This document shows positions 51,619 through 63,545 of a DNA stretch of 64,000 nt, piece by piece. Position numbers and translations under genes: made by a program. The stretch comes from Mobula hypostoma (Eukaryota): positions 201,564,001 to 201,628,000 of the forward strand of contig NC_086100.1 of NCBI RefSeq assembly GCF_963921235.1. The letters are read 5' to 3'. The notes beneath the pieces are model-generated. The model made no database searches. It saw nothing but the letters and a program-made list of their open reading frames with translations, and was not told where the DNA came from. Position 1 is the stretch's first letter. Each line of letters opens with the position of its first letter.

Positions 51619-54600
51619 GGGTTTAGACTAACTTGGCAGGGGGGTGGGAACCAGAGTGAAGGGACTCAGGAAAGGACGGATGGTGAAAAAGTAAAGACAG
51701 TGTGCAGTCAGATTGTCAGGAAGGGCAGCAGGTGAAGGGACTTAGTTGCAACCAACAGGCTGAGTATCAATTTGTTAAGGATGCAGAGTAAATACATAGA
51801 AACATAGAAAATAGGTGCAGGAGTAGGCCATTCGGCCCTTCGAGCCTGCACCGCCATTTATTATGATCATGGCTGATCCTCCAACTCAGAACCCCGCCCC
51901 AGCTTCCCTCCATACCCCCTGACCCCCGTAGCCACAAGGGCCATATCTAACTCCCTCTTAAATATAGCTAATGAACTGGCCTCAACTGTTTCCTGTGGCA
52001 GAGAATTCCACAGATTCACCACTCTCTGTGTGAAGAAGTTTTTCCTAATCACGGTCCTAAAAGGCTTCCCCTCTATCCTCAAACTGTGGCCCCTCGTTCT
52101 GGACTTCCCCAACATTGGGAACAATCTTCCTGCATCTAGCCTGTCCAATCCCTTTAGGATCTTATACGTTTCAATCAGATCCCCCCTCAATCTTCTAAAT
52201 TCCAACGAGTACAAGCCCAGTTCATCCAGTCTTTCTTCATATGAAAGTCCTGCCATCCCAGGAATCAATCTGGTGAACCTTCTTTGTACTCCCTCTATGG
52301 CAAGGATGTCTTTCCTCAGATTAGGGGACCAAAACTGCACACAATACTCCAGGTGTGGTCTCACCAAGGCCTTGTACAACTGCAGTAGTACCTCCCTGCT
52401 CCTGTACTCGAATCCTCTCGCTATAAATGCCAGCATACCATTCGCCTTTTTCACCACCTGCTGTACCTGCATGCCCACTTTCAATGACTGGTGTATAATG
52501 ACACCCAGGTCTCGTTGCACCTCCCCTTTTCCTAATCGGCCACCATTCAGATAATAATCTGTTTTCCTATTTTTGCCACCAAAGTGGATAACTTCACATT
52601 TATCCACATTAAATTGCATCTGCCCTGAATTTGCCCACTCACCCAACCTATCCAAGTCACCCTGCATCCTCTTAGCATCCTCCTCACAGCTAACACTGCC
52701 ACCCAGCTTCGTGTCATCCACAAACTTGGAGATGCTGCATTTAATTCCCTCATCCAAGTCATTAATATATATTGTAAACAACTGGGGTCCCAGCACTGAG
52801 CCTTGCGGTACCCCACTAGTCACCGCCTGCCATTCTGAAAAGGTCCCGTTTATTCCCACTCTTGCTTCCTGTCTCAAGGTACTAAGGTATTGTATCTCAG
52901 TGTGTGTAGTATAAGAAATAAGGTGGATGATCTTGTTACACTTTTACAGATTGACAGGTATGATGTTGTACCCATCACTGAATGGTGGCTGAAGGATGGT
53001 TGTAGTTGGGAGCTGAATGTCCAAGGTTACATGTTATATTGAGGGATAGGAAGGTAGGCAGAGGAGGTGGTGTGGCTCCACTGGTAAAGAACACCATCCA
53101 ATCAGTAGAAAGAAGTGACAGAGGATCGGAAGATGTTGAATCCTTGTGGGTTGAGTTAAACTGCAAGGGTAAAAGGACCCTGACAGCAGTTATATACAGG
53201 CCTCCAAACAGCGGCTAGGAGGTGGACCACAGATTACAACAGGAAATAGAAAAGGCAAGTCAAAAGAGCAATGTTATGGTAGTCATAGGAGATTTTAAAC
53301 AGGTAGGTCAATTGGGAAAATCAGGTTGGTAATGGGTCTCAAGAGAGTGAGTTTGTTGAATGCTAAGAGATTACTTTTTAGAGCAGTTTGCTATTGAGCC
53401 TACTAGGGGATCAGCTATACTGGATTGGGTGTAATGTAATGAACCAGAGGTGATTAGGGAGCTTAAGGTAAAAGAACCCTTGGGAACCAGTGAGCACAAT
53501 ATGATTGTGTTCAACTTGAAATTTGATAGAGAGAAAGTAAAGTCTGATGTAACAGTATTTCAGTGGAGTAAGGGAAATTACAGTGGTATGAGAGAGGAGT
53601 TGGCCAAAGTAAATTGGAAGGAGCTGCTGGCAGGGATGTCAGCAGAGCAGCAATGGTGTGAGTTTCTGGGAAAAATGAGAAAGGTGCAGGACATGTGTAT
53701 TCCAAAAATGAAGAATTACTCAAATGGTAAAATAGTACAACTGTGGCTGACACGGGAAGACAAAGATATTGTAAAAGCAAAAGAAAGGGCATACAACGAA
53801 GCAAAAATTAGTGGGAAGAAACAGTAGAGGATAGGGAAGTTTTAAAAAACCTATAGACAGCAACTAACAAAATCATTAGAAGGGAAAAGATGAAATATGA
53901 GAACAAGCTAGCAAATAATATCAAAGTGGATAGTAGAAGTTTTTTCAAGTATGCTAAAAATAAAAGAGAAATGAGAGTGGATATAGGACCGCTAGAAAAT
54001 GAGACAGGATAAATAATAATGGAGGACAAGGAGATGGCTGATGAACTAAATGAGTATTGTGCTTCAGTCTTCACTGTGGAAGACACTAGCAGTGTGCCAG
54101 ATGTTGTAGTGTGTGAAGGAAGAGAAGTGGGTGCAGTTACTATTAGAAGAGAGAAGGTGCTCAAAAAGTTGAAAGAACTAAAGGTACATAAGTCACACGG
54201 ACCAAATAAACTGCACTCTAGGTTTCTGAAAGAGGTAGCGTTAGAGATTGCGGTGACATTAGCAATGATCTTTCAAAAATCATTGCACTCCGGCATGGTG
54301 CCAGAGGACTGGAAAATTACAAACGTTACTCCACTCTTTTAAGAAAGGAGAAAGGCAGCAGAAAGGAAATTATAGACCAGTTAGCCTGACCTCAGTGGTT
54401 GGGAAGATGTTAGAGTCAATTGTTAAGGAAGAGGTGATGGAGTACTTGGTGACACAGGACAAGATAGGACAAAGTCAGCATGGTTTCCTTCAGGGAAAAT
54501 CGTTCCTGACAAACCTGTTGGAATTCTTTGAAGAGATTACAAGTAGGATAGATAAAGGGGATGCAGTGGATGTTGTGTATTTGGACTTTCAGAAAGCCTT

Positions 54601-55740
54601 TGACAAGGTGCCACACATGAGGCTGCTTACCAAGTTAAGAGTCCATGGTATTACAGGAAAGTTACTAACATGGTTAGAGCATTGGCTGATTGGTAGGAGG
54701 CAGTGAGTGGGAATAAAAGGATCCTTTCTGGTTGGCTGCCAGTGACTAGTGATGGTCCACAAGGGTTGGTGTTGGGACCACTTCTTTTTATGCTGCATAT
54801 AAATAATTTATATGAATGAATGGATGGCTTTGTTGCCAAATTTGCAGATGATACAAAGATTGGTGGAGGGGCAGATAGTGTTGAGGAAACAGGTAGGATG
54901 CAGAAGGACTTAGACAGATTAGGAGAATGGGAAAGAAAGTGGCAAATGAAATACAATGTTGAAAAATGCACGGTCATGCACTTTGGTCGTAGAAATAAAT
55001 GTGCAGGCTGTTTTCTAAACGGGGGAAAAAATCCAGGAATCTGAGATGCAAAGGGACTTAGAAATCCTTGTGCAGAACACCGTGAAGGTTAACTTGCAGG
55101 TTAAGTCAGTGGTGAGGAAGGCAAATGCCATGTTAACATTCATTTCAAGAGGTCTAAAATACCAGAGCAAGGATGTGATGCTGAGGCTTTATAAGGAACT
55201 GGTGAGTATTGTGAGCAGTTTTGGGCCCCTCATCTTAGAAAAGATGTACTGGCATTGGAGAGGGCCCAGAGGAGGTTCACAAGGATGATTCCGGGAATGA
55301 AAGGGTTATCATAACGAGGAACGTTTGATGGCTCTGGGCCTGTACTCGCTGGAATTCAAAAGGATGAGAGGGGATCTCATTGAAATCTTTTGAATGTTGA
55401 AAGGCTTAGATGGAATTGATGGATGTTTCCCATGGTGGGAGAGTCTAGGACAAGAGGGCACAGCCTCAGGATAGGGGGCGCTCTTTCAAAACAGAGATGC
55501 GGAGAAATTTCTTTAGCCAGAGGCTGATGAATTTGTGGAATTTGTTGCCACATGCAGCTGTGGAGGCCAGGTCGTTGGGTGTATTTAAGGCAGGTGTTGA
55601 TAGGTTCTTGATTGGACATGGCAACAAAGGTTATGGGGAGAAGGCCGGGAACTGGGGTTGAGGAGGAGATAGAAAAAAGGATCAGCCATGATTGAATGGT
55701 GGAGCAGACTTGATGGGCCAGGTGACCTAATTATGGTGTT
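51619..55740 (+). mobile_element. CR1 from the ORF1/ORF2 junction to the 3' end, interrupted by a younger antisense CR1
   Basis: Junction motif gggtttagactaa; endonuclease and RT peptides 52880-55640; 3' UTR. Confidence 0.9.
51796..52865 (-). mobile_element. Young 5'-truncated CR1 with a long open RT C-terminal frame
   Basis: ORF 51867-52877 (336 aa) with no internal stop; TTTCTATG tail. Confidence 0.93.
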
Positions 55741-58460
55741 ATAAGGGACCCAAAACTGCTCACAATACTCCAAATGCAGACTGACTAATGCTCTATAAAG
55801 CCTCAATATTACACTTTTGACCTTAAATTATTCTCCTTTTGAAATGAATGCTAACATTGCATTTGCCTTCCTTACCACTGACTCAAGCTCCAAATTAACC
55901 TTTAAGGAATCCTGCACAAGGATCCCCAAGTCCCTTTGCAAATCTAATTTTTGAATTTTCTCCTCATTTAGAAAATAGTCTGCACCTTTATCCTTGTACC
56001 AATGTGTATGACCATTTTGTCAATCTGTCCGAATCTTTCTGCAGACTCCCTGCCTCCTCAACACTACCTGCCCCTCCACCCGTCTCTGTATTGTCCACAA
56101 ACTTGGTCACAAAGCCATTAATTCCATCTTGCAAATGACTGAATTATTGACATATATTGTCAAAAGAAGCTGTCCCAACACCAGACCCTGCGGAGAACAC
56201 CAGTAGCCAAGCAGAAAAGGCTTCCTTTAATCCCATTCTTTGCCTCATGCCAGTCAGTCAATCTTATAACCATGCTAGTTTCTCTCCTGTAATACCAAGT
56301 TAAGAGTCCATGGTATTTCCTGTAAAGCCCTTTTCTTGTTTAGCAGCCTCATGTGCAGCACTCATCAAAGGCCTTCTGAAAATTCAAGTAAACGACATCC
56401 ACTGACTTTGTCTATCCTGTTTGTTATTTCTTTAAAGAATTCCAACAGATTTGTCAGGCAAGATATTCCCTGAAGGAGGCCACGCTGACTTCAGCCTATT
56501 TTATCAGGTCCTGATGAAGGATCTCGGCCTGTAATGTGAACTGTTTATTCTTTTCCATAGATGCTGCCTGGCTGACTGAAGCCCTCCAGCATTTTGTGTG
56601 TATTAGTCCCAAAGCCTTATCCTTAATAATGGACTTTCCCAACCATTGGCTGCCTGTGTCTTTCTACTGCATCTTAAAAGATCCTAACATCATCTGATTC
56701 AACCTGTCAATACTCACTGTAATTTATATGGTGAAGATAATCAACATTGTCAGGAGGTTATGTTGCAGCTATACAAATCTTTGGTTAGGCTGCATGGAGT
56801 ATTGTGTGCCCATTATGGAGGCTTCAGAGAGGATGCAGAAGAGCTTTACTAGGAATGTTGTCTGAATTATAAGGAGAGGTTGGACAAATCTGGGTTGTTG
56901 TCTCTGGAGTATAAGAAACTGAAGGAGATCTGACAGAAGTTTATGAGATTATTTGAGGCATTACTGAGAGGCTGGTGAATCTGGAATTCATTGCCACATA
57001 CGTCTGTGTAGACCAGTTCATTAAATATATTGAAAGTGAAGGTTGATGGGTTCTTGATTAGTCAGGGCATGAAAGATTAAAGGGAGAAGGCAGGAGAATA
57101 GGGTTGAGAGGGATAATAGATCAGCCATGATGGAATGACAGAGCAGACTTCATGGGCTGAATCGCCCAACCCTGCTCTTCTGTCTTATGGTCTAAAAGCT
57201 TGATAAATGCCGCTATCTACGTGCCAGGAGTAAATATGATAGTGATGTTCAATAGGCTTTTAGACAGGCACATGAATATGCAGACAATGGTGGGGTATAG
57301 ATCATGTGCAGGCACAAGAGATTTAGCTTAGTTTGGCACAGACATTGTGGGCCAAAATCTGTTCTGTGTTCTCAAAACCACTGTCCTGTCTGCTTCCACC
57401 ACCACCCCATTGTGATAAAAAAAACTTACCCCGTACATGCCCTATCTATGCTTTGGTCTTTGTCATTTTGTAGATCTTTGTCAGGTCTCCCTGGCAAACC
57501 TCTTTTGCACCCACTCCAAAGCTTCCACATCCTTCCTTTGTGTGGCACCATACACTGCTCAAAATGTGACCTATATTTTATACATCTGCAACAATACTTT
57601 CTGGCTCTTGTATTCAACACCCCAACCGATCAAAGCAAGACTGCCATACAGCTTCTTTACCAAACATTGGGACATAAGATACGTAACCTCTAGGTAGGAT
57701 TCAATTCAGTGAGCTATTTTTCCCCCATTCCCCTTGAGAGCTAGATAACAGAAAGTGATTGGTTTCTACTTCGTCTCTACTTTGTCACTCTTGATAAAAT
57801 TAATTTAGGTTTATCGAGCAAGACCTACCCCTGAACTGTCAATGCTAGCTATCTCTCATCAAATAATATATTTCAGAAGTTTGCCCTCTATTTATAAACT
57901 ATAGTTATTTCCCAGAAGGGTTGATAATAAATTAACTGGCCCTTATTTCCTGATTTCCCACTCTCACCTTTCTTATACAACAGGAACATGCATGATTTCC
58001 AAATGTGAAGGAATGATTCCCAGATTGTAGTTGTTACATCTACATTATGTTTACTAACTCTGTGATACAGCAGCCTGTTATTCATTCATTACTTTGAATT
58101 TTGCCAAATTCTGACCCATGCATGACATTTACTAATTTTCACTTAAATTAACTCTGCTGATTGAGAGTAGAGGAGTGGAGTGGCAGAGGCTGAGGGGAGA
58201 TCTGATGGAGGTTATAAAATAATGAGAGACCTAGAAAGGGTATAGACGGTCTTTTTCCCAGGGTGAAAATATCAAATCCTCTTTACTTATCATAGCTTTA
58301 AGATGAGAGGGGAAAGTTTAAAGGAGATTGTGGGCCGAAGGGCCTGTAATATGCTGAAATGTTCTATTTTCTATCAGATTTTGAAGCAAGATTTTTACTC
58401 AGTGGGTTATATCGAGGCAGATAGTGGTGTTTAAGAAGCATTTAGACAGGCCGTGAATAG
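55741..58460. mobile_element. Mosaic of old CR1 fragments in both orientations, plus a small Penelope piece (about 56507-56600)
   Basis: Patchy similarity to CR1 RT and 3' UTR; degenerate hammerhead-region sequence. Confidence 0.65.
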
Positions 58461-58474
58461 AAAAGCTGAAATAG

Positions 58475-59715
58475 AACTGCTAGAGGAACTCAACAGGTGG
58501 AGCAGCGTCTGTTGGTGGAAGGGAATTCAGGATTGAGAGGGGAGATTGTCAGAGTAAAGAGGAAGGATGAGGAATGAGTCAGGAGTGAGTAGGTGATTGG
58601 TGGAGTGAGATATAATGAAGGACTATGAGCACATGGAGCCAGGAGTGGGAAGCGGAGCTTGAAGATGAGGAAAGCTGCTGGAGGGTGATAGCGGGACACA
58701 AAGGGACTCAGTGCTCAACTCTGGTAGGTAAGAAAGGTGATAAAGGGAACTATGCAGGAGAGGTGAAGGACAGGTGGAACCTGATAGGGAGGGAACCCGG
58801 TAAGTGAACTGTGTTGGTGATTAGCGGATGGATCCAACATGGAGAGGGGAATGAAAATGAGTGATGTGATGGAGCAAGGGGTGGGTAAAGGAAAAGAGAC
58901 AAGAATGGGAAGAGCAGAATTTGATTGGGGGGGGCAGACAGAAGAATTGGGGGAGGGGTGGTCCCTGAAATTGGAAAATTCAATATCCATACCGTCATAA
59001 CTTTAGACCATGCTCCTCCAGTCTGTATTGGACTCACCCTGGCGGTGGAGAAGGCCAAGGATGGACAGGTCAGTGTGGGATTGGGGAGGGGAACTGCATT
59101 AATTGAGAGTTTGGGATGGCCAATGTGAACAGGGTGTATTGGTCTCAGTGATGTAGAGGAGTCATATCAATAGCACTGGATGCAGTGGATGAGGTTGGAG
59201 GAGATGTGGTGATGGAGGAGATGTGGTGATGGAGGAGGTGTAGGAACAAGTGTTACATCTCCTAGGGTCATAGAGGAGAGTTACCAGGGGCCAGGAAGAA
59301 ATGAGCAAGACACAGGGAGAGTCTCCCCTGGTGAAGGTGGAAGGGGTTAGGGAGAAGGTGTGGCTGGTGATGGAATCTTGTTGAAGCTGATGGAAATGGA
59401 GAAGGATGATATTCTATTTGTAGAGGCTGATCAGGTGAGTGGTGAGGACCATTCTGTTTAGAGGGACACGGGTGAGAGCAGAGGTCCAAAGAATTGAGGA
59501 AATGCCAGAGAGGGCTCCATCAACCACAGCAGAAGGGAATCGTTTCTGGAAAAAAAAGGACTTTTCAGATGTCCTGCAATGAAAGGCCCCATCCTGAGAG
59601 CAGCTGTGGTAGAGATGGAGAACCTAGGAGAAGAAGATGACATTCTTACAAATGAGAGAGTGGGAATAGGTACGGACCTAATAGCTGTGGGAGTCATGGC
59701 TATAGTAAACAGCAA
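58475..59715 (-). mobile_element. Old decayed Penelope-like element
   Basis: Collinear diverged similarity to 8451-9730 (e.g. catcctgagagcag, atagctgtgggagtc). Confidence 0.75.
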
Positions 59716-59835
59716 ATGGACTAGTTTAAATTTGCATAGTGGTTAGTGAAGATGTGATGGAATGAAGGGCCTGTTCTTTTGCTGTGGTGTGCTATCTTCA
59801 GAGTAAGTTACTGGGTTTCTCATTTACCTCCTCAG

Positions 59836-60205
59836 ATTTTTTACATCAATGTCTTTACCTTGATGACTCTCTGCAACCAGTATTGAAAGGACTGCTTCCT
59901 GGATATGAGAACATTAACACAGACTCACCCACCCAGCTATGCAGACCAGAAATGTATACGTACTCCCTCAGCCAAGTCCCCCATGCCTGCACACCAGCAA
60001 TGGATAAACATTTCCTTTATAAAGTGTAATTTTCTGCAGTGTGTTTCCAGAAATGCTGATTACTTATGTTGAGTGGTAGTAAATGGGTATTCTGTGTATA
60101 TAAATTCTATTACTATCAAATCTTTTATTTTAATATATCATATTAAACTGGTTAAATAGAAAATATTAGTTACTGTTTGGTTATAATAAATTATTGCCAT
60201 CTGTT
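59836..60205 (+). other. Candidate terminal exon of the host gene (coding frame uncertain) with AT-rich 3' UTR
   Basis: Acceptor tttctcatttacctcctcag; phase-1 frame open to TAA 60029 and contains GYENI; followed by a poly(A) signal. Confidence 0.5.
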
Positions 60206-60230
60206 GTTCCTGGTGTTTTTTGATTTTCTT
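60185..60230 (+). terminator. Poly(A) signal with downstream GT/T-rich element
   Basis: AATAAA at 60185-60190 followed by ctgttgttcctggtgttttttgattttctt. Confidence 0.6.
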
Positions 60231-60761
60231 TAATAATTTGCATAATGCATGATTGTCTGTAATACCAGTTCTTGGTTATGTATCCCAATGCAGCAGAGAA
60301 CTGAATGAGCTGCTATACAAACACAGCATCAGTCCTTACTAGACCGAGCTTTCAGATATTCAAACAAGATGACAACAAGGAACACAGGGATTATGCCAAA
60401 TTGGAGAAAAGCCAAATGTCATACGATATCTTCCATGACTTGATGGTTGATAAACTCGCCATACATCAAACCGCCAGCAGATAGCATAGTAAAAAGAACA
60501 GTTAGTGAGGACGAGGATGGCCATTACAGATGTGGACTGCTCCACTGCATCTTCCTCCTCGTGTCAGCACACTACCCTGAACAGCAACACAGTAGCACAG
60601 AGCACAATTCAACATAAAATCGCTGTGAGAAATCAAAACTATCATAGTATCTCCAACAAAGATTTCACTCTGCCTCACAGAACGAGAACAAACAGCTGGG
60701 GGATTCACAAATATTGTAGGATCAAGAATTCCTCCATTTGTTGTTGTACCTCTTCCAAGAG

Positions 60762-60900
60762 GACCACAATCTTGTCGTGGGGTTTGGAGGCGTGCATGCC
60801 TCAATGACCCGGAGAGCTATGCTGGCTGAGTCGGGGCATTATACTCCAGCTCTTGGTAGGGTCACCCATGCCAAACAGGTCAAAGGGTAGAGGCCACTGG
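60762..60900 (+). mobile_element. RTE (Rex3/Expander-like) 5' UTR fragment
   Basis: ttgtcgtgg...caatgaccc..gagctatg...ggtagggtcacccatg resembles RTE 5' ends as recalled; RTE 3' part lies at 61550-62238. Confidence 0.65.
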
Positions 60901-60907
60901 ACCTTCA

Positions 60908-61549
60908 CGATCTTGGGGTCTGAGTCCATAGGACGCTCAAAGCAGCTGTGCAGTTGACTCTGTGGTTAAGAAGGCGTATGGTGTATTGGCCTTCATCAAT
61001 CATGGAGTTGAGTTTAGAAGTCGAGAGGTAATGTTGCAGCTATATAGGTCCCTGGTCAGACCCCACTTGGAGTACTGTGCTCAGTTCTGGTCCCCTCACT
61101 ACAGGAAGGATGTGGAAGCCATAGAAAGGGTGCAGAGGAGATTTACAAGGATGTCGCCTGGACTGGGGAGCATGCCTTATGAGAATAGGTTGAGTGAACT
61201 TGGCCTTTTCTCCTTGGAGCGACGGAGGATGAGAGATGACCTGGTAGAGGTGTATAAAATGATGAGAGGCATTGGTCGTGTGGATAGTCAGAGGCTTTTT
61301 CCCAGGGCTGAAATGGTTGCCACAAGAGGACACAGGTTTAAGGTGCTGGGGTGTAGGTACAGAGGAGATGTCAGGGGTAAGTTTTTTTACGCAGAGAGTG
61401 GTGAGTGCATGGAATGGGCTGCCAGCAATGGTGGTGGAGGCGGATACGACAGAGTTTTTTAAGAGACTTTTGGATAGGTACATGGAGCTTAGAAAAATAG
61501 AGGGCTATGGGTAAGCCGAGTAATTTCTAAGGTCGGGACATGTTCGGCA
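60908..61549 (+). mobile_element. CR1 3' portion
   Basis: LVRPHLEYC, IERVQRRFTRM, WNGLP peptides. Confidence 0.9.
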
Positions 61550-62238
61550 ATTGCCAAAAGACAGGATCTATGATAATATCCAAAAAGAAGGAGAATCCTA
61601 TCTGCAGGTTGAGAATAAATGGGGAAGACATAAAACAAGTACAGAACTTTTGCTACTTAGGAAGCTGGGTGACATCAGATGGCAGGTGCGACTTGGACAT
61701 CAAAAGAAGAATAGGGATGGCAAAAGACACCTTTACGAGAATGAAGAGTATACTGACCAATACTAAACTAGGCATGACAACCCACCTGAGTACTGAAATG
61801 TTACGTTTATCCAATTATGTTATATGGCTCAGAATGACAATATCTAGTAACATGAGGAATCGAATTGAAGCCGCAGAGATGTGGTTTTTGAGGAGGATGC
61901 AGAGAATATCATGGACAAAACGAATATCTAACGAAGATGTCATGAACAGAGCAAACACAAAAAGAGAAATAATGTCTGAGATCATGAAAAGGCAACATAA
62001 CTTCATTGGACATGTGATTAGGGAAGAGGAGTTAGAATGCACGGTAATTATGGGAAAGATTGAAGGGAAGAAAGCAAGAGGAAGACAAGGACAAATGATG
62101 ATGGCGACAGCAGCCAGAGAACTGGAAATGAATCCCAATGAATTGATCCCCTTGACCTGAAATAGGAGTGTGTGGGCCATGGCAGTCAAAGCTCAAACCG
62201 GGCATGGCACCTGATGATGATGATGATGATGATGATGA
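61550..62238 (+). mobile_element. RTE-clade LINE 3' end with (GAT)n tail
   Basis: FCYLGS, DIKRRIGMAK, AEMWFLRRM.RISWT, GKIEGKKARGRQ peptides; TGA/GAT microsatellite tail. Confidence 0.9.
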
Positions 62239-62576
62239 AGAACGCTGGCTGCCCCGGACGGGACGGACGAGCACATGATGATGATGAAGAACGCTGGCTG
62301 CCCCGGACGGGACGGACGAGCACATGATGATGATGAAGAACGCTGGCTGCTCCGGACGGGACGGACGAGCACATGATGATGATGATGAAGAACGCTGACT
62401 GCCCCGGACGGGACGGACGAGCACATGATGATGATGATGAAGAACGCTGGCTGCCCCGGACGGGACGGACGAGCACATGATGATGATGATGAAGAACGCT
62501 GGCTGCCCCGGACGGGACGGACGAGCACATGATGATGATGATGAAGAACGCTGACTGCCCCGGACGGGACGGACGA
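62212..62576. repeat. Tandem repeat, 7 copies of a 49/52-bp unit: (GAT)n-gaagaacgctggctgccccggacgggacggacgagcacat
   Basis: aagaacgctg anchors at 62238, 62287, 62336, 62388, 62440, 62492, 62544. Confidence 0.97.
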
Positions 62577-62782
62577 ACGGCCGAGCCCGACGGTCACAGC
62601 GTCCGGACCGGATGGGAGCTGCGCCACTGCTTCGCTCGCGTCCGGGATCTGTGACGGAGGCAGCACGTGACGAGTTTGAACCAATCACTAGCCTGGCTTG
62701 TTGTCGGCGGCAAACGCGATTCAAACGGCAGGGCGCGCGGCTTGACTGTTAATGAGAGCGGGAGGGAGAAAGGGAAGTGAGT
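62577..62782. promoter_or_regulatory. CpG-rich promoter-like segment, probably of a neighbouring gene
   Basis: High CpG density in a CpG-poor window; CACGTGAC 62664, TTTGAA 62675, CCAAT 62681, E2F-type TTTGCCGC (minus, 62707-62714), TTCAAA 62720; possible first-exon donor gtgagt at 62777. Confidence 0.65.
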
Positions 62783-62918
62783 GAGGAGGCAAAAAGAGGG
62801 AGAAGGAGAAGGGATAGAGGCTGAATGTGAAGGGGTGAAAGAGTATGAAGCAGGGAATGGCGAGTGAGTGAAGGATACGGGCAGAGGGCAGTACAGTACA
62901 TCGAAGGGAGCGTCGGGC

Positions 62919-63545
62919 CAGGCTGTAAGGATAATAGGGACAGAGACTGAGTGGAGAGAGGGTCACAGAGACAGGCTGTAAGGATAATAGGGACAGAGAC
63001 TGAGTGGACAGAGGGTCACAGAGACAGGCTGTAAGGATAATAGGGGACGGAGACAGTGGAGAGAGGGTCACAGAGACAGGCTGTAAGGATAATAGGGACA
63101 GAGACTGAGTGGACAGAGGGTCACAGAGACAGGCTGTAAGGATAATAGGGGACGGAGACAGTGGAGAGAGGGTCACAGAGACAGGCTGTAAGGATAATAG
63201 GGACAGAGACTGAGTGGAGAGAGGGTCACAGAGACAGGCTGTAAGGATAATAGGGGACAGAGAGGGAGAGGAGAGACAGGCTGTAAGGATAATAGGGGAC
63301 GGACACGGAGGGGAGAGAGGGTCACAGACAGGCTGTAAGGATAATAGGGGACAGAGAGGGAGGGGAGAGACAGGCTGTAAGGATAATAGGGGACAGAGAG
63401 GGAGAGGAGAGACAGGCTGTAAGGATAATAGGGGACGGACACGGAGGGGAGAGAGGGTCACAGACAGGCTGTAAGGATAATAGGGGACGGAGAGGGAGGG
63501 GAGAGAGGGTCACAAAGACAGGCTGTAAGGATAATAGGGGACGGA
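62919..63545. repeat. Purine-rich minisatellite, 13 copies of 42-54 bp units with invariant core caggctgtaaggataatagg; diverged copies to about 63740
   Basis: Cores at 62919, 62972, 63025, 63077, 63130, 63182, 63235, 63277, 63329, 63371, 63413, 63465, 63519. Confidence 0.97.

Noticed and set aside
52030..52914. Long ORFs antisense to CR1 RT (also 61040-61483, 41570-42016 and others)
   Set aside because: Shadow frames of CR1 ORF2 that recur wherever the element occurs
59795..59810. cag-a-gtaagt, a 1-nt microexon or recursive splice-like site
   Set aside because: Only 33 nt from the next acceptor, too short for an intron, and borders a CR1 3' UTR remnant
62032..62724. Poly-His/Ser/Ile ORFs on the minus strand
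   Set aside because: Artefacts of translating the (GAT)n-containing tandem repeat
62721..63513. Long Leu/Ser/Pro-rich ORFs
   Set aside because: Translation of the minisatellite; no splice or codon support
62919..63545. Constant core with variable spacers, superficially CRISPR-like
   Set aside because: Spacers are variants of one another, the context is eukaryotic and there are no cas genes
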